A stretch of 64,000 bases of DNA, from contig JAVTWD010000030.1 in NCBI GenBank assembly GCA_032229505.1, forward strand, positions 12,323 to 76,322, given 5' to 3'. The notes beneath the pieces are model-generated. The model made no database searches, had not been told where the DNA came from, and saw only the letters and a program-made list of their open reading frames with translations. This stretch comes from Bacteroidota bacterium (lineage in GTDB: Bacteria; Bacteroidota; Bacteroidia; B-17B0; Aurantibacillaceae). Below, one piece after another: positions 49,176 to 59,920 of this stretch. The stretch's first letter is position 1, and each line of letters starts with the position of its first letter. Made by a program: the position numbers and the translations under genes.

Positions 49176-49207
49176 AAAAAAAGCCTCAATAAAATATTGA
49201 GGCTTTT
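49176..49207. terminator. Bidirectional terminator between convergent genes
   Basis: AAAAGCCTCAATA / TATTGAGGCTTTT stem with A and T tails. Confidence 0.78.
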
Positions 49208-49231
49208 GATTTTATAGAACACACATATACA

Positions 49232-51388
49232 TTATTGAATAATTAATTTTGCTGTTCTTACAGCTTTATTTTTTTCCTGCACTCTTACAATATATAACCC
49301 GCTTGAAAGTTCTTCAATGCCAAACGTTCCGCTGTTTGTGATCTCTTGTTTAACTAATTGTCCGCTCATATTAAAAATACTCACGCTTACTTCTTCTGAA
49401 TTTAAGAAGCAGATAGAATTAGTATTGGCAGATGGGTTTGGAAATAAAACCAGTTTATCTTTTTTATCGGTAAAGTTTAATTCATTAATGCCCATTGGAG
49501 CAGAGCTAATGCCCTGAACATTCATGTACAAACCTTTTGGATTAAAATTATCGCCGGTTGCAGCAATATAAGAATTAGATGTGAAAAAATTCATCCTGTA
49601 AATAGTGTTGCCGTAAGTTGTATTGTTAAATGGCGTCATTATGGTGCTCCATGTGGTGGCACCATCAACAGAGATATGATAATAGTTATTAAAGTTCGCG
49701 GTTACTATTACAGTATCAGGACCAAAGCAATGGAATAAAGGTATGCCTGAAACAAAAGCTGTATTGGCATAAGCAGAAGAGCCCGCAACAACCTGAGCAA
49801 TATCTGTTTTCGGTGTAAAGGTATTTCCACCATCAGTTGTTTTGTAGATCTTATTTATTTTATTGTTGTTATCTCTTGTCATTACATACCCCACCATATT
49901 ATCTGCCATGTAAAAGGCATTCAGGTTTTCTGACCCTGTACTTGTATAAGTGTAAATTACATTTGTATTTCCCTGCGGGTCAAATGTGCGCATTTCAAAA
50001 CCGTTAAGGTCTCTTGCATCCATTAATTGCCCGTTTGGTTTAATCGCTGTTGAGTGGGCGCCGCCGCTTATTGCATAAGTAACCATACTAAAGGTTGCAC
50101 CTGCATCTGTTGATACCATTGGCAAACCTGATCGAGTAAGTACGATTGTATTTTCGTTGGCCGACATTAAAAATCTAACGCTGTTAAGATTAGTACCTGA
50201 AGTATTTTTATTTACCCATGTTTGCCCGTTATCTGAGCTTGTAAATATTTGCCCTTTACGGTCGCCAGCTAAAAATATTCCATTGCTCATAACTTTGCAG
50301 GCCATAATATCCTGGTTACCTGCAATGGTATTTGTAAAATGTTTGAACGAACGGCCTTTATCTACCGAATAAGAATATTTTCCGCTTGCCAAACCAAGAA
50401 GTCCTTTGTTGCCATTAAAATCAACGCTGTAAGCGTAACCTGCCATATTAGGTAAGAACTGCTCCCAGGTTGCCCCATAATCATTTGTTCTGCAAGAAGG
50501 GTATAGATAATAATAGTTATTCAGATAAATTAATTTGCCTGAAAGGTTTGTGGGCTGAGGTGTAATGTTTACCGACCAGGTTGCGCCACCATCGGTAGTG
50601 TACGAAAATGTTGGAGGGCCATTTTGTGGTTGAATAGCAAATTCATTTTTGTTTTTAAAAGCGGCCGATGTTAATGATACGCCGGATAGTGGCGTGTTGG
50701 TCCAGGTAGCACCGCTGTCAAAACTTTTGCAAATTGCATTGGTAGTTACAACAATAAACGTATCGGGGCTTGCCATGTAAAAATCAATAAAGGTTCCGGT
50801 AAACGTTCCTGTATTGGCTACATTTGTATAAGTATGTCCGCCATCCACTGATACCTGGCACGGAGACGATACAGTTGAAGGAAGGGCAAAGATCTTATTT
50901 CCATAATTTCTGGCTGCCAGAATGGTTAGAAAGCCGGGTAAAGAAGCTGCTGTCCAGTTTAATCCATCTGTTGAATACATCATAGTAGTGCTTGATCCAA
51001 CATTGTAATGACCGTAATAACCCGCAGGGCATTTATTTACGTAGGCAAAAGCAGCGGTTGATGTGCTTACCGTTTGCCATCCGTCAGATGTTGCTTGTAT
51101 AGAAGTGCCATTGGATGTTCGTAATATGCCATTATTTTTGTTAAGCATTATGGGCGTACCGTAATTAGGCAATGGATTTGTATTTACATATTTCCACTCC
51201 CTGGTATTTGCATTTATGTACATGATATGCGAATTGTTGTTTACTCCAACAGACATATATAAAGAGTCATTATTTAATGGGCGCATTTCAGAGCCGTTAC
51301 CAATTGGTGATTGAATATGATAGCCTTGTTGTGCTTTTACATTTATCAAAACTAAAAGCGTAATAAGGGTTAATAGATTTTTTTTCAT
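49232..51388 (-). CDS. BNR/Asp-box repeat beta-propeller protein with T9SS C-terminal domain
   Basis: Many S/T-x-D-x-G-x-T-W boxes and CTD LFPNP...SGLYIV...KLIIQ. The likely start is the second Met (MKKNLL, 51388) rather than 51421. Confidence 0.85.
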   Translation of the reverse strand: MKKNLLTLITLLVLINVKAQQGYHIQSPIGNGSEMRPLNNDSLYMSVGVNNNSHIMYINANTREWKYVNTNPLPNYGTPIMLNKNNGILRTSNGTSIQATSDGWQTVSTSTAAFAYVNKCPAGYYGHYNVGSSTTMMYSTDGLNWTAASLPGFLTILAARNYGNKIFALPSTVSSPCQVSVDGGHTYTNVANTGTFTGTFIDFYMASPDTFIVVTTNAICKSFDSGATWTNTPLSGVSLTSAAFKNKNEFAIQPQNGPPTFSYTTDGGATWSVNITPQPTNLSGKLIYLNNYYYLYPSCRTNDYGATWEQFLPNMAGYAYSVDFNGNKGLLGLASGKYSYSVDKGRSFKHFTNTIAGNQDIMACKVMSNGIFLAGDRKGQIFTSSDNGQTWVNKNTSGTNLNSVRFLMSANENTIVLTRSGLPMVSTDAGATFSMVTYAISGGAHSTAIKPNGQLMDARDLNGFEMRTFDPQGNTNVIYTYTSTGSENLNAFYMADNMVGYVMTRDNNNKINKIYKTTDGGNTFTPKTDIAQVVAGSSAYANTAFVSGIPLFHCFGPDTVIVTANFNNYYHISVDGATTWSTIMTPFNNTTYGNTIYRMNFFTSNSYIAATGDNFNPKGLYMNVQGISSAPMGINELNFTDKKDKLVLFPNPSANTNSICFLNSEEVSVSIFNMSGQLVKQEITNSGTFGIEELSSGLYIVRVQEKNKAVRTAKLIIQ

Positions 51389-51431
51389 GGCTTGATTTTT
51401 AAGTAAAATTATTGAAGGCATGAAAAAACTG

Positions 51432-51453
51432 AAATACCCAGCGTAGGGTATTT
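51432..51453. promoter_or_regulatory. Inverted-repeat operator candidate
   Basis: AAATACCC-N6-GGGTATTT about 45 nt upstream of the T9SS gene start. Confidence 0.5.
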
Positions 51454-51460
51454 AGTAAAC

Positions 51461-51496
51461 AAAAAAGCCCGAACAAGATCTTGTTCGGGCTTTTTT
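51461..51496 (-). terminator. Terminator after trxA (perfect 36-bp palindrome)
   Basis: AAAAAAGCCCGAACAAGA / TCTTGTTCGGGCTTTTTT. Confidence 0.8.
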
Positions 51497-51513
51497 ATAG
51501 AATTTAAAGATTT

Positions 51514-51831
51514 TTATATCTGCGCGTCTAACTTTGCAGCTAAAGCATTTTTTGGAACTACGCCAACTTGTTTATCTACCACTTCGCCGTTTTTAAAATA
51601 TAATAAAGTAGGGATGTTGCGGATACCGTATTTTGCACTGATACCTGAGTTAAGATCTACGTTAACTTTTCCTACAACAGCTTTGCCATCGTATTCTTTT
51701 GCCAACTCTTCTACTACCGGACCAACCATGCGGCACGGACCACACCATTCTGCCCAAAAATCAATTAATACGGGTTTATCGCTTTTTAATACAAGTTCTT
51801 CAAAGTTTGCGTCGGTGATTTCTAATGCCAT
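51514..51831 (-). CDS. trxA: Thioredoxin
   Basis: DFWAEWCGPC active site and IRNIPT. Confidence 0.97.
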   Translation of the reverse strand: MALEITDANFEELVLKSDKPVLIDFWAEWCGPCRMVGPVVEELAKEYDGKAVVGKVNVDLNSGISAKYGIRNIPTLLYFKNGEVVDKQVGVVPKNALAAKLDAQI

Positions 51832-51930
51832 TTTTTTAAGTTTTAAATTATTAGTGTTTTTTAATTTCTACCTTAAAGTTAAGAGTTTCTTCTTTAATCT
51901 TAAATCTTCTATCTTAAATCTTATTTCATT

Positions 51931-54594
51931 TTAACTAACAATAACGTTGTTCTTTTTGTGTAAAAATAAACCTGCACCAATTGTAATTAACAATAGTACA
52001 GAACCTAGCATAGCAATGGTATTGCCGGTTGTATAGGTTTTTGGCTCAAATTTAAACTCAATTTTATGTTTACCTGCCGGTACTAACATACCCCTTAAAA
52101 CATAATCTACACCGGCGTGCGGTTTTAATTGACCATCAACATAAGCATTCCATCCTTTTGGATAATATATCTCAGAAAAAACGGCAAATTCTTCTGCTTT
52201 TGTTTCGGTTTCGTATACCAGCTCATTGGGTTGGTAAGAAACTAATTTTATAGAACCTTCAGCATCATAAGTATTTTTCAAACCCAGTTCCTTTTTAAAA
52301 TTTTCCTGTATAATGGCTTCGGTTTTTGTATTTATTTTTCCAAGTGCTACAATTTCATCATCTGCATTTGGAACGGTGTAAACTGTTTTTACAAACCAGG
52401 CGTTACCATTTGCTTCAGTATTTTTTAAAGGGATCTCACCACGGCCATCTCCTCCCGGTAAAATAAAATACTTTGTGTTAAGCATATTGATGACGTTTAA
52501 AGAGCTGAATAAAACTTTAGTGGTACTATCGTTACTTAAAGCTTTACCTGCTTCTTTATAAAAGCGGTTCAGTTCTTTGTCCAGATGAAAATCAATTATC
52601 TCCTGGTACTTTTTTAGTTTGGCGCCATGATAACCACCAATAGATTTGTGGTAGTAAGAAGTAGCAGCGTCGTTGAATGTGCTTACCGTTAAATTTAAAA
52701 CACGGTAATCTAAAGCAGGATCTTTTAAGATCTCTTCATCAGCCGGTGTTTTGTTAACAATGCTTTGTAAATTTTGCTCTTTTGTAACAAACGATTTACT
52801 GTTTAAATAACGCGATGCAACTGTCCAAAGATCTATTGAAATAAATAAACCCATGGCTACAAAGAATAACTCTTTTTTTAATTTGTTGGTAAAGTATAAG
52901 AACAACGCACCAAATGCCAAAGCAATAAATATAAAAGAACGAATAGCATCGGCAGTAAATATTGCTCTGCGAGCCAGTTCTATTTGCGGCATTAATTCTG
53001 CAATGTAAGGTCTAACCTGGTTTTCAGGATTACCTTGCCTAACAGCCTGCTGTACCATTTGCTCTTCTTCGCCGGCACCATGAAATGTATTTAAAGCATC
53101 AGGCATTAAATAACATAATAAGCAAAAGCCGCCAACTATTACGGCCGACATAATAATTAATTTTTTAAGCGCTACTTCTTTTTTAATTAAGCGCAATTTT
53201 ATTTTTTCATCCCAATTTTTAATTTTTATAATTTCAGAAATGGTAAGTATTGCCAACAATGGTAAAGTCAACTCCGCAATTACCATGATCATACTTACGG
53301 CCCTGAATTTATTATAACCCGGTACATTGTGCATAAAAAAATCGGTAAGTCCCATAAAATTACTTCCCCAGCCCAATGCAACAGTTAAAAGCGTAGCTAA
53401 AAATATTGGCCATTTAATTGGATTCTTAACCACAAACATGCCAAGTAGCGCAAGAAAAATAATGATAGCGCCAATATAAACGGGGCCGCTTGTAAAAGGC
53501 TGATCGCCAAAATAAGCATAGCTGTTTGCAACCTGCTGGCGTAGTTCAGGATTAACTTTTTTAAGAGCACTTTCATCTACATTGGCAATAGGCGAAGAAA
53601 CTCCACCTTTAAAATCGGGAATTAAAAATGTAAATGTTTCACCAATGCCATAACTCCACTGTGTTGCATAATCCTCATCTAAACCTGTAGTAGTATTTTT
53701 TTCATGTTTTTTTACAACAGCATCTTCCGCTTTAATTTTCTCGAGTTTTATATTGCCGCTATTATCAAGGCTAAGCGGTGTTTTATCATCGGCCACCATT
53801 TTAGGGCTGATGGTTAATTCTGACTTGCCGCGGGTACTGTATTTACCATATTCGTTGGTAGTTGAAAGACTTGCAAAGTTTGGTAATACACCAATTAACG
53901 AAGCTATAAGGAATAAACCTAAACCTTTAAAAAACGCATTTAATTTTTTTTCTTTTAAGTGTGTAAAAAAGTATCCGATAATAATAAATCCAATTAAAAT
54001 ATAACCGTAATAAGATATCTGAACGTGGTTAGCATTTAATTCCATTGCGGTAAATAAGCTCGTAATAGTAAGACCAAGCCATGGTTTACCTTTAAACAAT
54101 AAAATTACGCCTCCTACCAAAGCCGGCAAATACCCAAGGGCATTGGCTTTAGAATTATGACCTGCTTCTAAAATGATCAAAAAATAAGAGCTTAAACCAT
54201 AGGCAACACCGCCAATTAAAGAGAGCCAGGGGTCTACATCCAAACACAATAGCAATATAAAAAAGCCCAAACAATACAAGAATAAATAGCCCGCAGGAAG
54301 AGGAATGTAAAGTTTAAAAACATTGTCCAATTTGCCTATCCAGTTACCAGGATATTTTGTTGAGATCTGGTAAGCGGGCATACCGCCAAACATTGAGTTG
54401 GTCCATAACGGTTCTGCTTCATTATGTGCCTTTCTGTAATCCGCAATTTCTTTACTCATGCCTTTATGGCGGGCAATATCATCCTGCCTTAGCTCTTTGC
54501 CGCTTAATAAAGGCTTAAAATAAATTAATGTAATAATTGCAAAAATTATAATGGCAATGCCATGTGGAAGATAGTTTTTATAGTTAAATTTCAT
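51931..54594 (-). CDS. YfhO-family (GT-C type) polytopic membrane protein
   Basis: WTNSMFGGMPAY, NHVQISYY, GPVYIGA, GYNKFRA, SIGGYHGAKL and FSEIYYPKGW motifs with many TM helices. The start is probably the second Met (54594); the ORF track gives 54624. Confidence 0.88.
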   Translation of the reverse strand: MKFNYKNYLPHGIAIIIFAIITLIYFKPLLSGKELRQDDIARHKGMSKEIADYRKAHNEAEPLWTNSMFGGMPAYQISTKYPGNWIGKLDNVFKLYIPLPAGYLFLYCLGFFILLLCLDVDPWLSLIGGVAYGLSSYFLIILEAGHNSKANALGYLPALVGGVILLFKGKPWLGLTITSLFTAMELNANHVQISYYGYILIGFIIIGYFFTHLKEKKLNAFFKGLGLFLIASLIGVLPNFASLSTTNEYGKYSTRGKSELTISPKMVADDKTPLSLDNSGNIKLEKIKAEDAVVKKHEKNTTTGLDEDYATQWSYGIGETFTFLIPDFKGGVSSPIANVDESALKKVNPELRQQVANSYAYFGDQPFTSGPVYIGAIIIFLALLGMFVVKNPIKWPIFLATLLTVALGWGSNFMGLTDFFMHNVPGYNKFRAVSMIMVIAELTLPLLAILTISEIIKIKNWDEKIKLRLIKKEVALKKLIIMSAVIVGGFCLLCYLMPDALNTFHGAGEEEQMVQQAVRQGNPENQVRPYIAELMPQIELARRAIFTADAIRSFIFIALAFGALFLYFTNKLKKELFFVAMGLFISIDLWTVASRYLNSKSFVTKEQNLQSIVNKTPADEEILKDPALDYRVLNLTVSTFNDAATSYYHKSIGGYHGAKLKKYQEIIDFHLDKELNRFYKEAGKALSNDSTTKVLFSSLNVINMLNTKYFILPGGDGRGEIPLKNTEANGNAWFVKTVYTVPNADDEIVALGKINTKTEAIIQENFKKELGLKNTYDAEGSIKLVSYQPNELVYETETKAEEFAVFSEIYYPKGWNAYVDGQLKPHAGVDYVLRGMLVPAGKHKIEFKFEPKTYTTGNTIAMLGSVLLLITIGAGLFLHKKNNVIVS

Positions 54595-54816
54595 ATGTCT
54601 AAATTCATTGTATTTTATTGTCATATGGAATACGCCATTTAATCATTTGTGTTTGTTTCCAACAAACGATTTGATAGTGGCTATTTCATAATCGTAAAGC
54701 AACGACAAATATATCAAAATATTGCCCTTTTAAGCTTATTTGTAAAGTATAAATTAAACACAAATTATATTTTTCTATCTTGCTAATTTTATTATTTTTG
54801 TACTCCTTTAAACAAG

Positions 54817-55398
54817 ATGGAAACTAAGAATTATTTTGCTCACCCTACGGCTGTTATTGATGATGGATGTGAGATAGGTGAAGGCACAAAGATCTGGCAT
54901 TTTTCTCATATTATGTCTAATTGCAAATTAGGCAAGAACTGTAATTTAGGGCAAAATGTTGTTATATCACCTGATGTAATACTTGGCAGTAATGTAAAAG
55001 CTCAGAATAATATCTCTATTTACACAGGTGTAATTTGTGATGATGATGTTTTTTTAGGACCAAGTATGGTATTTACAAATGTTATTAATCCGCGCAGTGC
55101 TGTTAACCGCAAATCACAATATGCAAAAACGCACGTTGGCAAAGGTGCTTCTATTGGTGCAAATGCTACTATTGTTTGCGGACACGATATAGGTAAGTAT
55201 GCATTTATTGGTGCAGGCGCGGTTGTTACCAAGCACGTTCCGGATTATGCGCTTGTTGTTGGAAATCCGTCAAGGCAAATTGGTTGGATGAGCGAATATG
55301 GGCATAGATTGGAATTTGATAAAGAAGGTTTAGCAACCTGCCAGGAAAGCGGGCAAAAATATAAATTAGAAAATAACGCTGTAAAGCGTATCAGTTAG
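54817..55398 (+). CDS. wbpD: UDP-2-acetamido-3-amino-2,3-dideoxy-glucuronate N-acetyltransferase (hexapeptide repeat)
   Basis: HPTAVID, IWHFSHI, GPSMVFTNVINPRS, GANATIVCG and RQIGWMSEYG motifs. Confidence 0.85.
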   Translation: METKNYFAHPTAVIDDGCEIGEGTKIWHFSHIMSNCKLGKNCNLGQNVVISPDVILGSNVKAQNNISIYTGVICDDDVFLGPSMVFTNVINPRSAVNRKSQYAKTHVGKGASIGANATIVCGHDIGKYAFIGAGAVVTKHVPDYALVVGNPSRQIGWMSEYGHRLEFDKEGLATCQESGQKYKLENNAVKRIS

Positions 55399-55402
55399 TA
55401 TT

Positions 55403-56431
55403 ATGAGTAAAATTAAATTTGCGGTCATAGGGCAGGGACATATTGGTAAACGCCATGCAGAAATGGTTAGAAGAAACCCCGATTGCGAATTGGTGGCTGT
55501 TTGTGATGTGCTGCCAAAAGATAAAATAGCTTTACAGGATCTTAAAGAAAAATTTTATACATCGGTTGATGAGATGTTGGCTGCTCATCCTGATGTAGAA
55601 GTTGTAAATGTGTGTACACCCAATGGTTTGCATGCAGAGCACGCGTTAAAAGCGCTAGATGCCAACAAGCACGTAGTGGTAGAAAAACCAATGGCGTTAA
55701 CAAAAGCCGATTGTGAAAAAATAATTTACGGGGCTTTACACCATCATAAAACCGTTTTTTGTGTGATGCAAAACCGGTATTCGCCGCCAAGTGTTTGGTT
55801 AAAAGATGTAGTGGAAAAAAAGATAATAGGAGATGTATACATGGTGCAGTTAAATTGTTACTGGAACCGTGATGAACGTTATTACAAGCCAGGAAACTGG
55901 AAAGGCACACAAGATCTTGATGGCGGAACTTTATTTACACAATTCAGTCACTGGATAGATATTATGTATTGGATATTTGGCGATATCACAAACATTCAGG
56001 CAAAATTTGCAGATTTTAATCATCAAAACACTACCGCTTTTGAAGACAGTGGCTTTGTAAGTTTTGATTTTGTAAATGGTGGTATGGGTTGCGTGAATTA
56101 TTCTACTGCGGTGTGGGAAAAAAACCTTGAATCATCTTTAACTATTGTAGGAAGTAAGGGTAGTGTAAAAGTTGGAGGACAGTATATGGATCAGATTGAG
56201 ATTTGCAATATTAAAGATTACACCATGCCTAAGTTGGAAGAGACAAATCCTGCAAATGATTACGGCGCTTATAAAGGTTCTGCAAATAATCACCACAATG
56301 TTATTGAAAATGTTGTTGATACCTTAAAAGGAAAAAATAAGATCTCTACAAATGCATTAGAAGGATTGAAGGTAGTAGATATAATTGAACGTATTTATGC
56401 ACTCAGGCCAAAAGAAGTAATAAAAGCATAA
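55403..56431 (+). CDS. Gfo/Idh/MocA oxidoreductase (WbpB/WlbA-like UDP-GlcNAcA 3-dehydrogenase)
   Basis: G.GHIG.RH, CTPNGLH, VEKPMA, QNRY, WNR..YY and WKGT..LDGG motifs. Adjacent to wbpD. Confidence 0.82.
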   Translation: MSKIKFAVIGQGHIGKRHAEMVRRNPDCELVAVCDVLPKDKIALQDLKEKFYTSVDEMLAAHPDVEVVNVCTPNGLHAEHALKALDANKHVVVEKPMALTKADCEKIIYGALHHHKTVFCVMQNRYSPPSVWLKDVVEKKIIGDVYMVQLNCYWNRDERYYKPGNWKGTQDLDGGTLFTQFSHWIDIMYWIFGDITNIQAKFADFNHQNTTAFEDSGFVSFDFVNGGMGCVNYSTAVWEKNLESSLTIVGSKGSVKVGGQYMDQIEICNIKDYTMPKLEETNPANDYGAYKGSANNHHNVIENVVDTLKGKNKISTNALEGLKVVDIIERIYALRPKEVIKA

Positions 56432-56439
56432 ATCGGAAT

Positions 56440-56829
56440 ATGAAAAAGATAGTTTTTTTATTAGTGTTATTGGTTACTTGTTTTTTATCTGCTTGTAAAA
56501 AAGGTGAAGTTCCTGGCAACAATCAAAAATATGTTGGTGTGTGGAGAAACGAAAAGGATAAGACTAATACAGATACTTATGTTTTAACGATTCATGAAGA
56601 CGGTAAAGCAGAATACACTGAAAATACAACGGATGGGATTAAATACAGCAACGTGAGTATTACAGGGTATATTTATTTTGACGGGCCAAATTTTAAGATA
56701 GGATCAAATAGGATAAATAAAAAATTTAAGACCAATGTATCTCCAACCCGGGTTACTACGTCTGTTAAGCCTACTTACACCTATTATTATATTGCAACTT
56801 TTAATAATGTAAATTATAAAAAAGATTAA
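56440..56829 (+). CDS. Hypothetical lipoprotein
   Basis: Lipobox LSAC followed by KK, and a lipocalin-like YVGVW start. Confidence 0.7.
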   Translation: MKKIVFLLVLLVTCFLSACKKGEVPGNNQKYVGVWRNEKDKTNTDTYVLTIHEDGKAEYTENTTDGIKYSNVSITGYIYFDGPNFKIGSNRINKKFKTNVSPTRVTTSVKPTYTYYYIATFNNVNYKKD

Positions 56830-56869
56830 ATAAACCAGATTTTACAAAAAAAATAAAGCAAAAATATAA

Positions 56870-58162
56870 ATGAGCATTTACAATAAAATATTAAAGAAAG
56901 ATGCCACAGTAGCTGTAATAGGTTTAGGTTATGTGGGTTTGCCAATAGCTTTGGCCTTTGCTAAAAAAGTAAAAGTAATTGGGTTTGATATTAACGAAAA
57001 ACGCGTTAATATGATGAAGAAAGGAATTGATCCCAGCCAGGAACTTGTAAAAAAAGATTTTGCAAATTCTGATATTACCTTCACTCATAAATTAGAAGAC
57101 CTTAAGAAAGCTAATTTTTTTATCATTGCCGTTCCAACGCCAATTGATGAACATAATTTGCCCGATCTTAAACCTTTAATTGGCGCTTCAACAACAGTAG
57201 GTAAAGTGCTTAAAAAAGGAGATTATGTTGTGTATGAATCTACCGTTTACCCCGGTTGTACCGAAGATGATTGCATTCCTGTTTTAGAACAACATTCGGG
57301 TTTAAAATTTGTAAAAGATTTTAAAGTAGGTTATTCACCTGAGCGAATTAACCCGGGAGATAAAGAACATACTATCACTAAGATCTTAAAGATCGTTTCA
57401 GGTTGTGATAATGAAAGTTTAGAGAATATTGCAAAAGTATACGAGATAATTGTTGAACCGGGAACACATCGCGCATCAAGCATTAAAGTGGCTGAGGCTG
57501 CAAAAATTATTGAGAATACGCAACGCGACGTGAACATTGCTTTAATGAACGAATTATCAATTATCTTTTCACGCATTGGTATAAATACTTATGATGTTTT
57601 AGAAGCTGCCGGTACAAAATGGAATTTCTTAAAATTCTCTCCGGGTTTAGTTGGCGGACATTGCATTGGCGTTGATCCCTACTATTTAACTTATAAGGCA
57701 GAAGAAATGGGCTACCACGCGCGCGTTATTAATAGTGGTCGTTATGTTAACGATAGTATGGGGTTTTATGTTGCTAAAACCTGTGTAAAAAGAATTATTG
57801 CTGCCGGAAAAAATCTTTCAAAATCAAAAGTATTGGTGATGGGCGCAACTTTTAAAGAAGATGTGAGTGATATTCGCAACAGTAAAGTAGCTGATATTGT
57901 AAAAGAATTAAAATCGTTTGGCGTAAAAGTAGACATTGTAGATCCTCATGCTGACAGTGATGAATTAAAACATGAATATGGTTTTGGCTTAAATAAGCTG
58001 GGTAAAGGTTATGATGGCGCTATTGTAGCGGTAAATCATAAAGAATACAAAGTATTGGATGAAAAATATTTTAAATCTATTCTTTCAAGCAAAGGTGTTT
58101 TGGTGGATGTAAAAGGTATGTACAAAGGAAAAATAAAAGGGCTTACTTACTGGAGTTTGTAA
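56870..58162 (+). CDS. Nucleotide sugar (UDP-HexNAc) 6-dehydrogenase, WbpO/TviB-like
   Basis: GLGYVGLP, YESTVYPG, YSPERINPGD, KIIENTQRD and catalytic GGHCIGVDP. Confidence 0.92.
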   Translation: MSIYNKILKKDATVAVIGLGYVGLPIALAFAKKVKVIGFDINEKRVNMMKKGIDPSQELVKKDFANSDITFTHKLEDLKKANFFIIAVPTPIDEHNLPDLKPLIGASTTVGKVLKKGDYVVYESTVYPGCTEDDCIPVLEQHSGLKFVKDFKVGYSPERINPGDKEHTITKILKIVSGCDNESLENIAKVYEIIVEPGTHRASSIKVAEAAKIIENTQRDVNIALMNELSIIFSRIGINTYDVLEAAGTKWNFLKFSPGLVGGHCIGVDPYYLTYKAEEMGYHARVINSGRYVNDSMGFYVAKTCVKRIIAAGKNLSKSKVLVMGATFKEDVSDIRNSKVADIVKELKSFGVKVDIVDPHADSDELKHEYGFGLNKLGKGYDGAIVAVNHKEYKVLDEKYFKSILSSKGVLVDVKGMYKGKIKGLTYWSL

Positions 58163-58193
58163 TACTTAAATAAAATAATTTAATGAAAGGTGG

Positions 58194-59879
58194 TTATTGT
58201 TTAACCACCTTTTTTATTTGTGTGCCTTTTTCCGACTCTACTTTTATAAAGTAAATGCCATTAGCCAGGGTCGGATTATTATAAATATGGTTATTGCCAT
58301 TTAAAGTTTGGCTTTCTAAAAGTGTACCTAAAGCATTATAGATCTCAAATTTTTTAATGGCTGTTTCCGAACTTGTTGTAATTGTATTATCGAAAGGGTT
58401 AGGAAACAACTCTAAATTGTTGGCTACACCTTTTAATTTATTTAATGAGGTTGTAACATCCACTACATAGGTTTTACACATATTATGATTCTCCAATGTC
58501 TTATCTGTTTCTCCATTTGGTACCGAGGTATAAAAACAATACTGTATTGTTTGAGTAGGAGAGGGGCTTGGTATCAATCTTTTCGCAATAAAAGTACCGG
58601 TTGTTACTTCAACCGAATCGTTTGGTGCCAAAGAAAGCTGCGAGAATTTTTCCTGATAATAATAAGCTCCGCAGTCAACCCGCGGATCCATATAACAGTT
58701 TAGTTTAAAGTTAGTGATAACAGATGTGCCAACATTTTTAACTTTTACTTTGGCTTTTAAATAAGCATACTTGATCGAAAAAAAATCGGGTGCGGCATAA
58801 ATAGAATCTTTTGTTACAGATAATATGGCCAGATCAGGCGTAAAATTATTGCTTGAAGTTTTACTTATTTGATTTAACGAAACAAAATAATGATCACCGG
58901 GCCAACTGAAACTGGTTTTAGAAACGCCGTCAGATAAAATATCTACTTTGTTTCCATTTAAACAAATGGCTGTTTGTGTAACACTGTTAGTTGTAGTGCT
59001 GTTTAATGAAAGACTTACAAAGTTGGTATCACTTAGCAAATAATTTGACAATGCAACCGTAGAAGATAAGATCGCGTAAATACTGTCATTCTTCGTTTGA
59101 AAATCATTTATAAAAGAATTATTTGCAAAATTACTGGCACTTATAAGGTCAAATGCAGGAGAAATTTTATAAAGTTTTCCATCGGTGCCAAGTCCCATTA
59201 TTTTTTGGTTATTGTAAAGCATCAGTTTTTTCAATAAAACAGGAAATGGCTTAGCACTTAGTATCGTTCCTGAGGCTGAGATAACAACCAATGAATTTAC
59301 AGATGCTTGTTTTGCGCTTAACAAAATAGTATGGTCTTGTAAAAGTAAAGCCGAGCTAATATTTTTTAAGCCCAAATTGGTTTTAAAGGTAAACAAGCCG
59401 GTTTTGCTATTTTTAAATAATACACTATCAGTAAAAGAATAAAAAGAAGAGTCTGTATATTGAAGAGAGGTTACATAATTGTCCCACTGAGAAACAGTAT
59501 ATGTACTTGAAAAAACAAGATTACCCGCGCTATCAATTTTACTGATATAGTTTACCTGTTGGGGGCCAAATACATCACAAGTAGGGTTTTTGCCAATCAG
59601 TAATAACATGTTGTCTTTGGTCTTGTATCCGTAAGAAGGAACATAAGGCAAGAATTTTTTGTAATGGAAAATACCATCTTTATTGTGCTTGTATAAATAA
59701 GTTTCTCCAACATGGTTGGCATTATATAAAGTAGAAGTAAAGTAGATATAGTTATTTACTTCAACTACGAACGGATTGGAGCGCTCATTTATATCATGAT
59801 AAGCCTTGTTAAATACCGTTTGAGCATTTAAGTTAAGAAAGCTTAATAAAACCCCTGAAAAAAGTAAAAATTTCTTCAT
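58194..59879 (-). CDS. Secreted protein with T9SS C-terminal domain
   Basis: Signal peptide ending NA-Q, a CARDB-like segment (DLAI...VKNVG) and CTD LFPNPF...GIYFIKV...KKVVKQ. Confidence 0.8.
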   Translation of the reverse strand: MKKFLLFSGVLLSFLNLNAQTVFNKAYHDINERSNPFVVEVNNYIYFTSTLYNANHVGETYLYKHNKDGIFHYKKFLPYVPSYGYKTKDNMLLLIGKNPTCDVFGPQQVNYISKIDSAGNLVFSSTYTVSQWDNYVTSLQYTDSSFYSFTDSVLFKNSKTGLFTFKTNLGLKNISSALLLQDHTILLSAKQASVNSLVVISASGTILSAKPFPVLLKKLMLYNNQKIMGLGTDGKLYKISPAFDLISASNFANNSFINDFQTKNDSIYAILSSTVALSNYLLSDTNFVSLSLNSTTTNSVTQTAICLNGNKVDILSDGVSKTSFSWPGDHYFVSLNQISKTSSNNFTPDLAILSVTKDSIYAAPDFFSIKYAYLKAKVKVKNVGTSVITNFKLNCYMDPRVDCGAYYYQEKFSQLSLAPNDSVEVTTGTFIAKRLIPSPSPTQTIQYCFYTSVPNGETDKTLENHNMCKTYVVDVTTSLNKLKGVANNLELFPNPFDNTITTSSETAIKKFEIYNALGTLLESQTLNGNNHIYNNPTLANGIYFIKVESEKGTQIKKVVKQ

Positions 59880-59920
59880 TTAAGTGATTTTTATGATAAA
59901 TTTACGAAAAAATTAACGAG

